63,329 nt of DNA, filler included, from Basidiobolus ranarum (GCA_040143965.1; 52 parts of 52 records of this genome joined end to end with filler, not necessarily neighbours in it), one strand, 5' to 3'; counted from the first letter of the whole stretch, positions 49,219 through 62,115 are shown. Notes: generated from the sequence alone by a model not told the origin. Translations and numbers: made by a program.

Positions 49219-50066
49219 TGGTAGTACCCTAGTCATTGAATGTGCGTGAAGCGGGTCAGGTACTCCAAGCTATACTACCTACAGATCAGACGGCTTATTC
49301 TTGGGCCATACGTGAAGGTGTGTGTTCCATAACCTCTATAGAAGAACTTAATAGGTGGCTAGATATTAGGCCAGTTAAGGTACTTTTTTCCGTTGTCAAT
49401 CCAATTATTTTCCCCTCATCTCAACTCACTCGCGCACGTCACGCATTCGGCTATCATGAAGGCCCTTTGTCGCGCTATACAGGATCCCGCGCAACGGCTT
49501 GGGCTTTGATTGCACACGAAAATAGCTTTGCTATCACATGGCACCGCGCAAACAATACGTTCAATGCGGGTGACAGCGAGTGATCACCAACTCAGTATTG
49601 CAGGTTTATTTGCACAAACAGCAGACAGCTCAAGACTTGTTAGCTCTTGTCCGCGCATTAGACTTTAGAAGTTTTAATTAGAGCCCGTTGACCTTACCTA
49701 AACTATTGTTGGTGAGCTTCATCATGAATGTAGCTCAATTAGATATACCTTCACAACGCTCTGGAGCGAAGCCCTTGCTCAGGATTGATGGCACATCGTA
49801 TTATTTTTGAATATTAATAATTTTATCAGTACTTAACTTCCTTTCTAGCTGTACATTTTAGAAGCTACTCATTGTGAATATCATTCTTGTACATACTAAA
49901 ACAAGTAAACAAAGAACTTGGTTAATGTTGTGCATAATCAAAATTTTGGATGTATTTATAAGGAAANNNNNNNNNNNNNNNNNNNNNNNNNNNNNNNNNN
50001 NNNNNNNNNNTTAATTAATTAANNNNNNNNNNNNNNNNNNNNNNNNNNNNNNNNNNNNNNNNNNNN

Positions 50067-50446
50067 GTGTTAGTGAGGGACAAATGATTGGACTAAAAAC
50101 ATGTGAATGTCTTGGTTATACATTTGATTAGGTAAGTAACAGTATAAATTGTTGATTGTAACACATTCAGTAATTTGTAAGTTACAAACTTGGGGATGAA
50201 CATACTTTGTCAGTTACCCAAAATCACAATTTGGCAATACTAAATTGGGTAACTTGGTACGGGCTAGCATAATATCTCCAATAAAATTATTGTGTCCAAT
50301 TTTGGTGGGACAGTGCCAAATTGTGCCTTATAGTGTTGGATCAAGTGTTATAGGACTCAGCCATGGTAATGACAGATTGCACCAGATGGTTTACTAGCAG
50401 GCTGGATCAAGCGGCATGATTTGACCTGGTCCAACGGAACAAGTCT
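50067..50446 (-). mobile_element. Longer TIR element ending GGAACAAGTCT|ATT (related to the MITE)
   Basis: Reverse complement of 53095-53475. Inserted at ATT in the CACTA transposase. Confidence 0.75.
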
Positions 50447-51182
50447 ATTAACAATATTGACAAACAACTCCAATGTTGCTAATACCTATCAGGCAGAAAT
50501 CCTTTCAACATTCCACTTGAATATATACAAATCTCATACTTCCAGTCTTTGCATTTGAATAAACACCGTGATGAGTAGATATTGATGGTAGTCCTGGTAA
50601 AATATGATGGTATCTTGACATTTTCAAGCATTTTCCCAATCAATTCAAACTTTGATCCTATCTTGAATGGTTCATTCATATTGAATTTTCCACTATATAG
50701 ATGAGTATGAAGTATTGCATTGTGTTGAATAGTAAGTGCATAGTGCCTAATGGGAAGCTCTGGCTCCAGCGGATCCCCTTTAGCAATATAATTGCAGGCT
50801 TATGGCTAATACCAAGTTTGATGTTAGACTGACTATTTGGTGAATTGATATCAGTGATCATGTTGAAATCTGACCAGGCTCTTGATGGTAAAATCATGGA
50901 GCTTAGTGTTGTATTTGGATAGTAAAAATGCATATGCCTGATTGAGTGGACTCCATTGATTTGACAAAATCTACAGCAAGATAGTGCATTGTGCCTGTGA
51001 AAACCTCCAACTTTACTGATGGCAGGAGTGTCACCAATACATACAATGATATTAGCTTTAATAAAAAATTCACCGATCTGAACCCCACTAGATAACCATT
51101 CAAATTCCATAATCAAAGGCTCCTAGAAGCTATCTATTAGCACTTGTAATTTAGATCCAGATATGATGGTTAGTATCAAATT
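50447..51182 (-). mobile_element. CMC/CACTA transposase remnant
   Basis: IGDTPAISKV..CCRFCQ, FPLGTMHLL and FKCKDWKY. Confidence 0.9.
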
Positions 51183-51282
51183 NNNNNNNNNNNNNNNNNN
51201 NNNNNNNNNNNNNNNNNNNNNNNNNNTTAATTAATTAANNNNNNNNNNNNNNNNNNNNNNNNNNNNNNNNNNNNNNNNNNNN

Positions 51283-52398
51283 AGTTGAGTGGGAGTGTTG
51301 AAGTTGATTGTCTTTATCACATTTGTTATATCTATATTATACAACTAACTATTTCATATATTTCATATAAGATAGTTAACATTACTTAATCAAATATTAC
51401 TTAACTGCAAATTGAAACATATGTTATATATATGTGAATAATGTGAGAATTAGCAATTCCATAATTGAAATTTCAAACTAGTCCAAATATCTCCAAAGAT
51501 AGCTCATTTTACTCCCACAGTGGTTCTGAACACAACCCCAGTGTTAGTTTTCTGTATTTCCACCAAAATGTATGCATACTTTATTTCTGGACAATAAATA
51601 GTTATCTCACAAAGCTATTCACAACCACACTTTTCTAAAGTTCCTCCTAACAGCCCATATTTTTGCAAGAAGTTATGAGCCCCATTTTCTAAACCTTACA
51701 GCATGACAGAAACCACTGCTATCACTGTTATTAACTCAAGTATTGAAAGCTTGACCGAGAAAATTACAATTTCTGGAAGTTCAAGATCAAAATCATGCTG
51801 GAAGACAGGGAGCTTTGGGAAGTAGTCACTGGATATGAAAAGGAACTTTCAGACCCTTCTTTATTGCAAGCTTACAAGAAAAGAGATAAGAAGGCCTTTA
51901 ATGTCATTTGTCAAAGTTTGAAGGATTCACAACTTGTGAATATTTAGTATGCAAAGACTTCCCATCAAGCTGGGACTATATTGGAAGAGTGTTATGAAGT
52001 AAAGATTCTTACTGATAAACTCTTTCTCAGACAAAAATTCTTCAATATAAAGATAGAAAAGTCAGAAAGCTTGGTTACTCATATTGCAAATGTGAGATCT
52101 TTGACTCTTCTAAGTAATCTATCAGAACAGTTTTCAAACTTGGTCACAGCTTTGGAAACAAGATTTAACAAGTTGTCTTTAGAGTTTTGATGGCACAGCT
52201 AATGGATCAACACCTCAGAAGGAAGAATTTGGAAAGAGCATCTTAGGAAATGGCTCTTTTTGGAGCTGGAAAGTGTAGCTTTGGCAAGTACAAAGGTTAC
52301 AACAGAAGGAAACCAGGTTTTTGCTATGGGTTTAACAAACCAGGACACCAGTTAAAAGATTGCAAATCAAGAAATTACAACAAAAATGAGAAATCAGA
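51283..52398 (+). mobile_element. Ty1/copia: PPT, LTR (51296-51670), PBS AGTTATGAGCCCC, gag
   Basis: AGTTGAGTGGGAG|TGTTGAAG; NYNFWKFKIKIMLEDRELWEVV. Confidence 0.88.
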
Positions 52399-52498
52399 NN
52401 NNNNNNNNNNNNNNNNNNNNNNNNNNNNNNNNNNNNNNNNNNTTAATTAATTAANNNNNNNNNNNNNNNNNNNNNNNNNNNNNNNNNNNNNNNNNNNN

Positions 52499-53094
52499 TT
52501 TCTGCAGAGGGTTTTTCAATAGTGGGCAAAGTAGCCATTTTGGAAGTTGATGGTCTTGATGGTGTTTTGGTTGAACTTGGCTCAACTATTGATTTACTAC
52601 GTATTTGGGGGATTACAATCTCTTTGCTAGCACTATCACTGGAAAGAAGCACACTGGTATATTGATTATTCTTCATCTTTACTTAAGTTAGTTTTTGGCA
52701 TGTTAATGCCTTTGAAAGTGGATAGTTGATTGCTAGACTGCTCATCAGTTAGGTGCTCTGTTCTTGCTGGTTTTTTTCCATTTGTGCCAGCAGGCATTGG
52801 CTTGGAAGCCGATTTTGACTTAGATTTTGAATGCTTTTTGAATGGCATTGAAATTAGATGGTAAGCTTGGTATAATGATATTGCTTAGAAACAGCTTATT
52901 ATAAACCAAAATTGCCATCCATTACCGGAAATATGTTGTAAATCCCCTGATGACTCATCTGCAACACTGTCTAAGAATTGGCTGATGATATTGATAGGCT
53001 ATGCCAAAAATACCACCCTTATGTAGGAGGTGTTCTTTTTTCTACAATATCCTTCTCATGCCACAACACAAATGTTTAAAGAAGCCATGCTATT
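52499..53094. mobile_element. CACTA-like centre (ORF2 start at 52848 on minus, intergenic region, transposase start)
   Basis: Collinear with 9919-10460. Confidence 0.8.
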
Positions 53095-53613
53095 AGACTT
53101 GTTCCATCAGACCAGGTCAGATTGTGCCACTCAATCCAGCCTGCTAGTACACCATCTGGCGCAATCTGTTAATTACCATGGCTGGGTCCTAGAATACTCA
53201 ATCAGACACTATAAGGAACAATATGGCACTATCCCATCACAATCAGACACAACAATTTTATTGGAGATATCATGCCAGACCATACCAAATTACCCTATTT
53301 AGTATAGCCAAATTACAATTTTGGGTAACTGACAAAGCAAGTTCATCCCCTGGTTTGTAACTTACAAACTACTGAATGCAGAACAATAAACAATTTATAC
53401 CATAAAATACCCAATCAAGTGTATAACTGAGACATTCACATGTTTTAGGCCAATCATTTGTCTCTCACTAACATAGTATCCTGATTCTCAATTGTGCACA
53501 ACAGCTTCAGCATTATGGAACACCAGTAGTTCTGGCATACTGGTGACAAATCACAGTACTCCATGATGGATCAATCTGCAGTATGATAGTAGTGATCAGG
53601 TTTGCTTGATTCA
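53095..53613 (+). mobile_element. TIR element beginning ATT|AGACTTGTTCC
   Basis: The empty site GCTATTAATG is seen near 10455-10464. Matches 50067-50446. Confidence 0.75.
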
Positions 53614-53713
53614 NNNNNNNNNNNNNNNNNNNNNNNNNNNNNNNNNNNNNNNNNNNNTTAATTAATTAANNNNNNNNNNNNNNNNNNNNNNNNNNNNNNN
53701 NNNNNNNNNNNNN

Positions 53714-54828
53714 TATATATTTGGCAGACTTCTGGATGACAATTTACACAAATCAGGACTCAACCAAAAGAATGAAGAAAATGCTTTAATAAGCTATGGG
53801 AAACCTTCCTATAAAGGTCAAAAGCACTTTAAGAAGAAAAACAACACATTCTGTGATTACTGTAAAAGAACTGGCCATTTGAGTAAAGATTGCTTTAAAA
53901 GAATTGCAAAAGAAGAAAAACATACTGAATCAGGAAATGTGGTTACAACAGAAGATCACATGTTCTTATCTGTTATATCTATGACTACCAACAAGGATTC
54001 TCAGATGTGGTACATTGATTCTGGAGCTTCCCAACAGTTCACAAATGAAAAACATTGGTTTGTGGAATATGAAGAAATCCCTATTAGAAAGGTTTTCATG
54101 GGAGATGACCGCACATTGGATGCTATTGGAATGGGAACAATTCGAGTCAATTTAACTGGAGCTTCTGAAGAGAAAGTATATACTTTGAAGGATGTACTAC
54201 ATGTTAAAGATATTGCCAAGAATTTAATATCTGTATGCAAGGCCTCCTCAGAAGGGCTGAAATCCAATTCTGATAAGTCAGGATGCACCATCACTGATCA
54301 AAATGGGAATTTTTAGCTTTGGGAGAACAGGATCAGAACTTATACAAACTTACATATAATCCAAGACGTTTATGTGTAAATATAAGTTATTCCAAGCAAG
54401 AAACTATTCAATTATGGCATAAGAGATTTGGCCATATTGGATATGATTATTTGTGCAAAATGATCAAAAATCGCCTAATTTCTGGAATTCAAATTAACCC
54501 CCCAAGCAAAATGGAAATTTGTGAGGGTTGTATATATGGAAAACAAGCCAGGCAACAGCTCAAGAGCTCTGGTTTGATCAAGTTTGTCAAAAAATTGGAT
54601 CTAATTCATTCAGATTTGTGTGGACCTATGCAAAATTTATCTTTTGGCAGAAAAAGATATTTAATCACATTGATTAATGATTATACAAGATACACTTGGG
54701 TCTACTTGATGGAAAGAAAAGAAGAAGCTCTCTCTATCTTTAGAGATTTTAAAACACTTGTTGAGACTGAAACTTGAACTAAAATCAAGAAAATATGTAC
54801 TGATAATGGTGGAGAATGTACTTCAACA
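53714..54828 (+). mobile_element. Ty1/copia knuckle-protease-integrase remnant
   Basis: WYIDSGASQQ, LWHKRFGH..CEGC, IHSDLCGPM and TDNGGE. Confidence 0.95.
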
Positions 54829-54928
54829 NNNNNNNNNNNNNNNNNNNNNNNNNNNNNNNNNNNNNNNNNNNNTTAATTAATTAANNNNNNNNNNNNNNNN
54901 NNNNNNNNNNNNNNNNNNNNNNNNNNNN

Positions 54929-56043
54929 GAGTCCTGATTTGTGTAAATCTTCATCCAGAAGTCTGCCAAATACATAATTTAAGGTCAAATTTTCAGTTCT
55001 TGATTCTAGAGCCATTACTAGGCTCTGAAACTTGTGTGGTGGGCTATTCAGGACTGTAACTATGATATCTTGATCAGTAGTAGGAACTCTAATGCATTCC
55101 ATTTCATGCACTAAAATAGTGACTCTATTAATTAGTGATTTAATGTCTTCTCCTGGCATCATCTTTAAGTTAAAGAATTGACTTCTTACAAACTTCTTGT
55201 TGGCAGCAGAACTTGTTTGGTTGGTGTCTTCCAAGGCTTTCCATACCTTCTTGGCTGTTTTAGCCCTTGAACATTGAATTAGCAATTTGTCTTTGACATT
55301 AAGACAAATTGTGTCAATGGCACTTTATTCTTTTTTAACCTGGAGTAAAACTTTGGTTTCAGATAGTTTTGTATTTTTTTCCTCTCCTACAACAGTGTTA
55401 CAAAGTCCTTTTTCTTGCAGCAGCATTTTCATTTTAATTCTCCAAACTTGATAAATGGTTCCATCTAATTTTTCAGAAGAGGGAAAATGTTGGAGGATCT
55501 TGACATAATGGGGGTAGACTCTGAGTATTGGAAGCAACTATGATAGTGTGTTTTTTGGTTACTTCATTCTTAAGAGTATATGATGACCTATATAGCTGAA
55601 AAGTAAATCAATTGTTTGAGATATTCAGGAGTTTGGGTAATAAGATATAATAGACAAGTGGGGGTTATAAGACATACTTGTTATATAGATATATAGATAT
55701 TCCAATGTAGATTATAGGGGCTATAGATACATTGCTTTCATTTTCTCATATATGTATCATAACTAAAGTTAACTATGATGTTGAATAAAGATTAATTTTT
55801 CAACAGAAAAGTTCCATAAATTTGAGAAGTAGACATTACAGAGAGTGCTAGCTTGGGGCTCATAACCTGTTAAAGTATTTGGGAGCCTGTTGGAAGTGGT
55901 TTGGAGAATTACAGGAATTGGCAGTTGTCACCTATTGATTTATTGAGTAGAAAGTTGATGTTTAGAGTTTTGTAAAGATGTAAACAAACTAACATGTAGA
56001 ATGTGTTAAAGAAGTTCCAGGAGCATGTGTGCCAAGTTTGGGG
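54929..56043 (-). mobile_element. Ty1/copia L1 family LTR-PBS-gag with an L2 insertion
   Basis: Collinear with 22500-23153. PBS GGTTATGAGCCCC. Confidence 0.9.
55488..55805 (+). repeat. Solo LTR family L2 (318 bp), TSD GAAAA
   Basis: GAAAA|TGTTGGAGG...TTTCAACA|GAAAA. Empty site at ~22980-22995. Confidence 0.92.
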
Positions 56044-56143
56044 NNNNNNNNNNNNNNNNNNNNNNNNNNNNNNNNNNNNNNNNNNNNTTAATTAATTAAN
56101 NNNNNNNNNNNNNNNNNNNNNNNNNNNNNNNNNNNNNNNNNNN

Positions 56144-56423
56144 GGTGGGGGCGACTACACGGACCAATATAAACAGGGATGATGTACGGACGAGCAGGTG
56201 ACCTTCCATGGAAGGTCTTGGTGGAAATACACTATTTGTGGGATGACTTGATTGGTTAGGTTGCATGGAAGGTTCCAAAGAACATACCTTCCATATAAGT
56301 TAATCTGGATGAACTAACACAAGATTGCCAAGAAGGGATGGCAGAGCAGATGTGATGTCATACTCTAATAATAGAAGAGTTCTATTTATAGTGGATCAGT
56401 ATGCCAAGATTGAAATCATGACA
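56144..56423 (-). repeat. LTR-like family L7
   Basis: Ends AATCATGACA. Matches 33018-33136. Confidence 0.7.
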
Positions 56424-57007
56424 GTAAGCTTCTAATTGGGTGAGAATGTGAATGGATTGAGCCATATCAAGCTAATATGGCTGTGCAAGCTTTTTATTGA
56501 CAGGCAATTTTCATTTAATTGTAGTGAAATTGCTTATATTAATAGGCTATCATTGATTTTTTTGATATATGATAATTTCATGCTATCAGTGTTTCATAAA
56601 GACATAGGTGATTGTGATCCAACTAAAGCTATTTATGCTATATTTAACTGCAATCTATATTGATTTTGCATGATGTGCTAAACAGTAAAGATAGGAAAAT
56701 GTAAGTATTAACAAGAGTATTCAGTTGCCAAGGTTTGAAGCAGTACATGCTGATTTGCTTCTGTTACTTTTGTTGTCTCTTTGATATTTCCATGGAAGGA
56801 ACTTTGCTTGAATTTCTGCACTGAGTTGGTTGGTTTGATCCTGCTGAAGTTCCTCTCCCTTAGCCAGCATGAGTTGTGGCTTGAGGTTGATGTGCTGTTG
56901 TATGCGTTGGCTTGTCCAGTCTAGTTTGTGGTTTATTTGTATCTACTGTCTCTTCTTCAGAAGTGGAGCCTTCACTTAATGGGTCAACCAGCCATTGCTG
57001 CTGGTGC

Positions 57008-57258
57008 TGTAGTTGTTTTAGGGTGTTAGCAGCAACTATGACTGCAATATTCTAAGGGTTTTGTGAGGTGTTCAAAGGTTACAATAACCAGGGTTAAATA
57101 ACTCCGGGATGTATTGTAATATGGGTCTGTCTCTTGCCTCTTAGGTTTTTGTGAAAGGGAATCAAGCCTCTAGAAATGTCTAAGGACTGATAAATCACAA
57201 TGCAATGTCCAGCTTTCTGTTGAATAATATGCTGGCACCTGACAAAAGAATATACTGG
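57008..57258 (-). repeat. LTR family L4, 3' end
   Basis: Matches 5712-5965. Confidence 0.8.
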
Positions 57259-57358
57259 NNNNNNNNNNNNNNNNNNNNNNNNNNNNNNNNNNNNNNNNNN
57301 NNTTAATTAATTAANNNNNNNNNNNNNNNNNNNNNNNNNNNNNNNNNNNNNNNNNNNN

Positions 57359-58473
57359 CAAATACATAGTAAATCAATAGTTGAGCAAAGATGAACCAAA
57401 GCACTGTCAAGATCATCAACTTCCAAAATGGCTACTTTGCCACTATTGATCAACCCTTTGTACAAAATTTGGATGTGATTATTGCTACAAGGGAATCAAA
57501 GTCAGGACAACATAGTGATTTGTATGCAAGCATAAGTAAAAACTACAAAGTTGCTATACAGGCTATGACAAGCAATAAAGCTGCAGTATTACAATTAATG
57601 CAGCATTTGGAAGCAACTTGTCAACAGTTAGAGAGTCATGCAACAATGATACAAGACCTTCAGAATGTTGTACTTCAGCTACAGCAACATGCTGCTCTCT
57701 CCATCCATTCTCATATGGGTTTTCAATGAATCCCACACCATATATATCAGTGTTATAGTGGGGCAGCATTGCTACCCACTGGCAGGTTGACTGATTTCCA
57801 CTCCAAGCTCATATCATTGCTATTGCACAATTTCTGTTTTATTATCCATATGTGACTTATCCATATTTTCTAGACAATCATAACACACCATTAGTATTAT
57901 CCCCATCATTTCAGATTTATCTGTATACCCCATATTAGCCCTATTATGTTCTAGCAATTTCTACTTGATCTTGCTGGAACATTCCATGACTTTTGGGATT
58001 ATTCTACAACCTTCCAGAGCATTCCATGGATTACTAATCTTATGATTTATGATGATATCTTAAACCCAGATCCCCACAAATAGAATTATCTTGAACTTTC
58101 TGGAAACTTTCATTAGTAATCATTTCTGCCATTAGAAAAGTATAAATAGGAGCAATATCTTTTCAAATAAAAATTACCCTCATTTTCAACTTTCTATTAT
58201 TATTTGTGATCATCCTTTATTTTCATCACCGCTTATGGGAACCTTGAAGAGGAAGCTCAAGAGAGACTACTAGAGGAAGTTACAGGCTACTGTGTGACTA
58301 GAAAGGACTTGACCAGCTCAAAGGAAGTACAGACAGGTAGGTGTTATATTTCTGATACTTTATATTTTTTCCCTTGCTTTCTCTGCATAGTCAAGGAACT
58401 TTTCATATCCTTGGATAAATCACTACTAGTGCATCCTTGTTCAAGAACCTGCTGGCTGAGTTTAGAGTTGTTT
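57359..58473 (+). mobile_element. CACTA ORF2 (to 57753) interrupted by L4 LTR (57754-58473)
   Basis: ORF2 coiled-coil segment, then TATAGTGGGGCAGC; TATAAATA at 58141. Confidence 0.85.
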
Positions 58474-58573
58474 NNNNNNNNNNNNNNNNNNNNNNNNNNN
58501 NNNNNNNNNNNNNNNNNTTAATTAATTAANNNNNNNNNNNNNNNNNNNNNNNNNNNNNNNNNNNNNNNNNNNN

Positions 58574-58957
58574 AAAAGCATCAGCTTGTGGATTATGGAC
58601 AAATCCCAATTAGAAAGGTGTTCATGTGAGATGACCACACATTGGATGTTATTGGAATGGGAACAATTCAAGTTAATTTAACTGGAGCTTGTGAAGAGAA
58701 CGTGTATCCTTTTAAGGATGTATTTGTTGGAGGATCTTGACATTATGGGGGTAGACTTTGGGTATTAGATGCAACTTATGATATTGTGTTTTAGTTACTT
58801 TATTCTTAGGAGTATATGGTGACTTATATAGTAGAAAAGTAAATCAATTGTTTGAGAAATTCAGGAGTTTGTGTAATAAGGTATAATAGACAAGTGGGGG
58901 TAATAAGATATACTTGTTATATAGATATATTCTGATTTAGAATATAGGGGCTATAGA
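58574..58957 (+). mobile_element. Copia protease fragment interrupted by an L2 LTR (58725-58957)
   Basis: PIRKVFM*DDHTLDVIGMGTI, then TGTTGGAGGATC. Confidence 0.85.
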
Positions 58958-59239
58958 TGTTTAAAGTCTGGTGACTTGTGGTACAAGCAGTAATTACCAA
59001 AGAGGAAAATACGGAGTATGGTGACTGCATCTGAACACAAAGTCCAAGGCCAATCAGTTGCTTCTATAGATGAAATGCCAAAGTACCATACATTGACAGA
59101 CTAGGTTAAGGTTCCCTAGCAATTTTAGCATAGCATACAAGGGCTGGTAGCTCAGTGGTTAGAGCACCTTGCTAAAGTGAAGGAGGTCCCAGGTTCAAAT
59201 CCTGGCCAGACCAATATTTCTCCCTAAATAATTTCAATA
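58958..59239 (+). mobile_element. 282-bp LTR-like unit L3 containing a tRNA-like cassette
   Basis: TGTTTAAAG...TTTCAATA. Paralog of 32387-32668. Confidence 0.85.
59141..59213 (+). pseudogene. tRNA-derived sequence (73 nt) inside L3
   Basis: GGGCTGG-TA-GCTC AGTGGTTA GAGC-A-CCTTG CTAAAGT GAAGG-AGGTC-CCAGG TTCAAAT CCTGG-CCAGACC-A folds as a cloverleaf with mismatches. Confidence 0.8.
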
Positions 59240-59787
59240 GGAAAAATAGTCAGAAGTTTCACTTACAGGATATTTCTGATTTCCACTAGGTAGGAATTCT
59301 GAGACCTGATTGCCTGAATTTTGTGATTGATAGAATATTTGTTGTGATTGATTGCATACTTCCAATAATTGCTTGCATCCAATATCAGCCAAATTGAAAG
59401 TAGGATATTTCTTAGGTATATGATTGGTCAGAAAATTATTGCCTTGTTTCTAAGCTCAATTTCCTGATTCCTGATTTGCTGGAAAAATATCCTTTTTCTG
59501 ATGATCATATTTTTCATTGGCACAGATACTATGCTGATATCCAGAAGCTGCATCCAAATTATTAGTATCTTCAGAGTAATTATCAGGTTTTCTGGTATAA
59601 ATTGGTGCATTTCCAGTGCTGCCTAATGTTTCACTACTTGTGCAGCTGCTTGACCCCAGAATATCATATAATAGTTTGTTCTCCTTGNNNNNNNNNNNNN
59701 NNNNNNNNNNNNNNNNNNNNNNNNNNNNNNNTTAATTAATTAANNNNNNNNNNNNNNNNNNNNNNNNNNNNNNNNNNNNNNNNNNNN

Positions 59788-60901
59788 ATGCTGGGTTTTT
59801 GGTTTTTCCACAATTGGCTCAAATCCATGTGATTTTGGGCAAGATTCTGCACAGTTTCAAACTGTTAAACCACTCATCATCAGAGCAAGTGATGGCAGCT
59901 CAGACATTCAGAGTCTTTTGGTTTGCCAGTGCAGTTGCTTTAAGGTGTCAGCAGCAACTATAACTGCAATAACCTCTGGGTTTTGTGAGGTGCTCAAAGG
60001 GTGCAATAATCACTGTTGAATAACTCTGGGATGTACTGTTATATGGGTCTGTCTCTTGCCTCTTGGGTCTTTGTGAAAGGGAATCAAGCCTCTAGAAATG
60101 TCTAAGGACTGATAAACCACAATGCAATGTCCAGCTTTCTGTTGCATAAAATGCTGAAGCCTGACAAAAGAATCTACCAGCTTCAGTGTCCTTTGAGAAT
60201 GATCAGATAAAAAGGGTATATCGAATCAAAAACAACTGTAAACTCAGCCAGCAGGGTCTTAAATGAGGATGCACTAGTAGTGATTTATCCAAGGATATGA
60301 AAAGTTCCTTGCCTATGCAGACAAAGCTAGGGAAAAAATATAAAGTAACAGAAATATAACACCTACCTGTCAGAACTTCCTTTGAGCCAGTCAAGTCCTT
60401 TCTAGTCACACAGTAGCCTATAACTGCCTCTAGTAGTCTCTCTTGAGCTTTCTCTTCAAAGGTCTCATAAGCAGTGATGATAATGAGGAGTGATCACAAG
60501 TAGTAATTGTTAGTTGAAAACTAGGATATTTTTATTTCAAAAGATGTGGCTCCTATTTATACTTTTCTGAAGGTAGATATGATTACTAATGAGAATTCCA
60601 GAAAGTTCCAGTGAATTCTTTTGGTGAGGATCTGGGGTTATGATATCATCATAAATCATGAGATTAGTAATCAATGGAATGTTCTGGAAGGTTGTAGAAT
60701 AATCCAGAAAGTCATGAAATGTTCCGGCAAAATCAATTTTTGCTTGATCAAAATTCAATCAATCATCAAGTATTCCAAGAATCTTATGGAAAGTTCTGGA
60801 AGATATTAGAATTTTCCAGAAAATGATAGGGCTAATGTGGGTTAATACTGATAAATCTGAAATAATAAGGGATAATACTAATAGGGTGATGTGATTAGAT
60901 A
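59788..60901 (-). mobile_element. CACTA ORF2 fragment (to 59929) and near-complete L4 LTR (59930-60901)
   Basis: Longest L4 copy. HSE-like arrays near 60591, 60676 and 60789. Confidence 0.85.
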
Positions 60902-61001
60902 NNNNNNNNNNNNNNNNNNNNNNNNNNNNNNNNNNNNNNNNNNNNTTAATTAATTAANNNNNNNNNNNNNNNNNNNNNNNNNNNNNNNNNNNNNNNNNNN
61001 N

Positions 61002-61196
61002 ATAGTTCTCTGAGATTTTAGCCAATCATTCGCAACTATTTTGCAAGATCTTGAAATTTCACTCCTGAAACTGAAAAAATTGATTAAAATCAAATCTAAC
61101 TTGACAATTTTACGACGGTAAGTAAACGGTCAATCCCAAATGGATTAAAATTGTGACGGTTTTCCTACGATAACAATCCTCAAATTTCTGTTAGGG
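61002..61196 (+). mobile_element. CACTA-like end A (CpG-intact copy)
   Basis: TACGACGGTAAGTAAACGGTC...GTGACGGTTTTCCTACG...TTTCTGTTAGGG. Confidence 0.88.
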
Positions 61197-61739
61197 AGGG
61201 GGAAGGGTTGCTTATATAAAGAAACAGCTTAGAATAGATGCTATGAATTGGTGGCTGAGAATAAATGCTATGAGTGGGTGGCTTAGCATCAAAGTGCAAA
61301 TAAGATCAATAATAAAGCAGCTGTGGCTTTGAAACTTAGAACGCTTCAGCATCAAGTTCTGTCGCAGCTCTGTGCAAAATTTCAAGAGAATCCGTTGGCT
61401 GGTAAAAAAGTTAGCACTAATTTTGTAAGCATCTTGAGATCCTGAATTCCTGTGTGCTGAATATATGCTAGTGTTGATTTTTGTGTTGGCAATTTTGAAA
61501 TGGTTGTAGCTCCACCAATATTTGATTACATCTTATGATTCTTGCATGGTTACAAAGCTCTAATTCCAGAGTCCTTGATTGCAGCTTGAATTGTTTTTAT
61601 AAGATAAGTTTAGATGTGACTATGAGCAATTGAATATTCTTGTTCTTTTTCTTGATCTGTAAAATATTATAAGATGGAAATAGGTAATATTCTTCCTGCT
61701 TATTATGTGCAAGATATGATTGGAATATTTCCAACACTA

Positions 61740-61933
61740 CAATGCATGCCAAATTTGAGGATCAATATTTTAACATGTATGAATACCGTTAAGATACCAT
61801 CAAGAAGCTACTGTCACACCATCAAAATCCCTGGCAGAATGCAAGCCCACAATATTGTGGTGGTTCTCTGAAAGTTTTGCTATTTTGGAGGGTGGATTAA
61901 ATCCGGATCAAATCAATTTTATTTTTGTTAGGG
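61740..61933 (+). mobile_element. CACTA-like end B
   Basis: Ends TTTTATTTTTGTTAGGG. Confidence 0.85.
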
Positions 61934-61996
61934 GTTGACAAAATCCATATACTCTCTGTCTGTAGTGGAAAATGTTATGGTTGTTTGCTTCTTAGG

Positions 61997-62115
61997 TGTC
62001 ACAATAAGGAACTGGACAGGGACTGGTAAAAATGACAAGAGGCTAAAAGGCAGGAGAGTACTTGGGTGTAGACCACAAGACAAGACAAGACAAGACTGGA
62101 CAGGGAAGATACTTT
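61997..62115 (+). repeat. LTR-like family L8, 5' end
   Basis: Paralog of 9804-9918. Confidence 0.6.

Noticed and set aside
59141-59213. Functional tRNA gene
   Set aside because: Acceptor and anticodon stems have mismatches, the anticodon differs between copies (AAA versus AGA), and both copies sit at the same position in a dispersed repeat.
62075-62097. (ACAAG)4 microsatellite
   Set aside because: An internal feature of the L8 repeat, also present at ~9820-9840; no independent significance.
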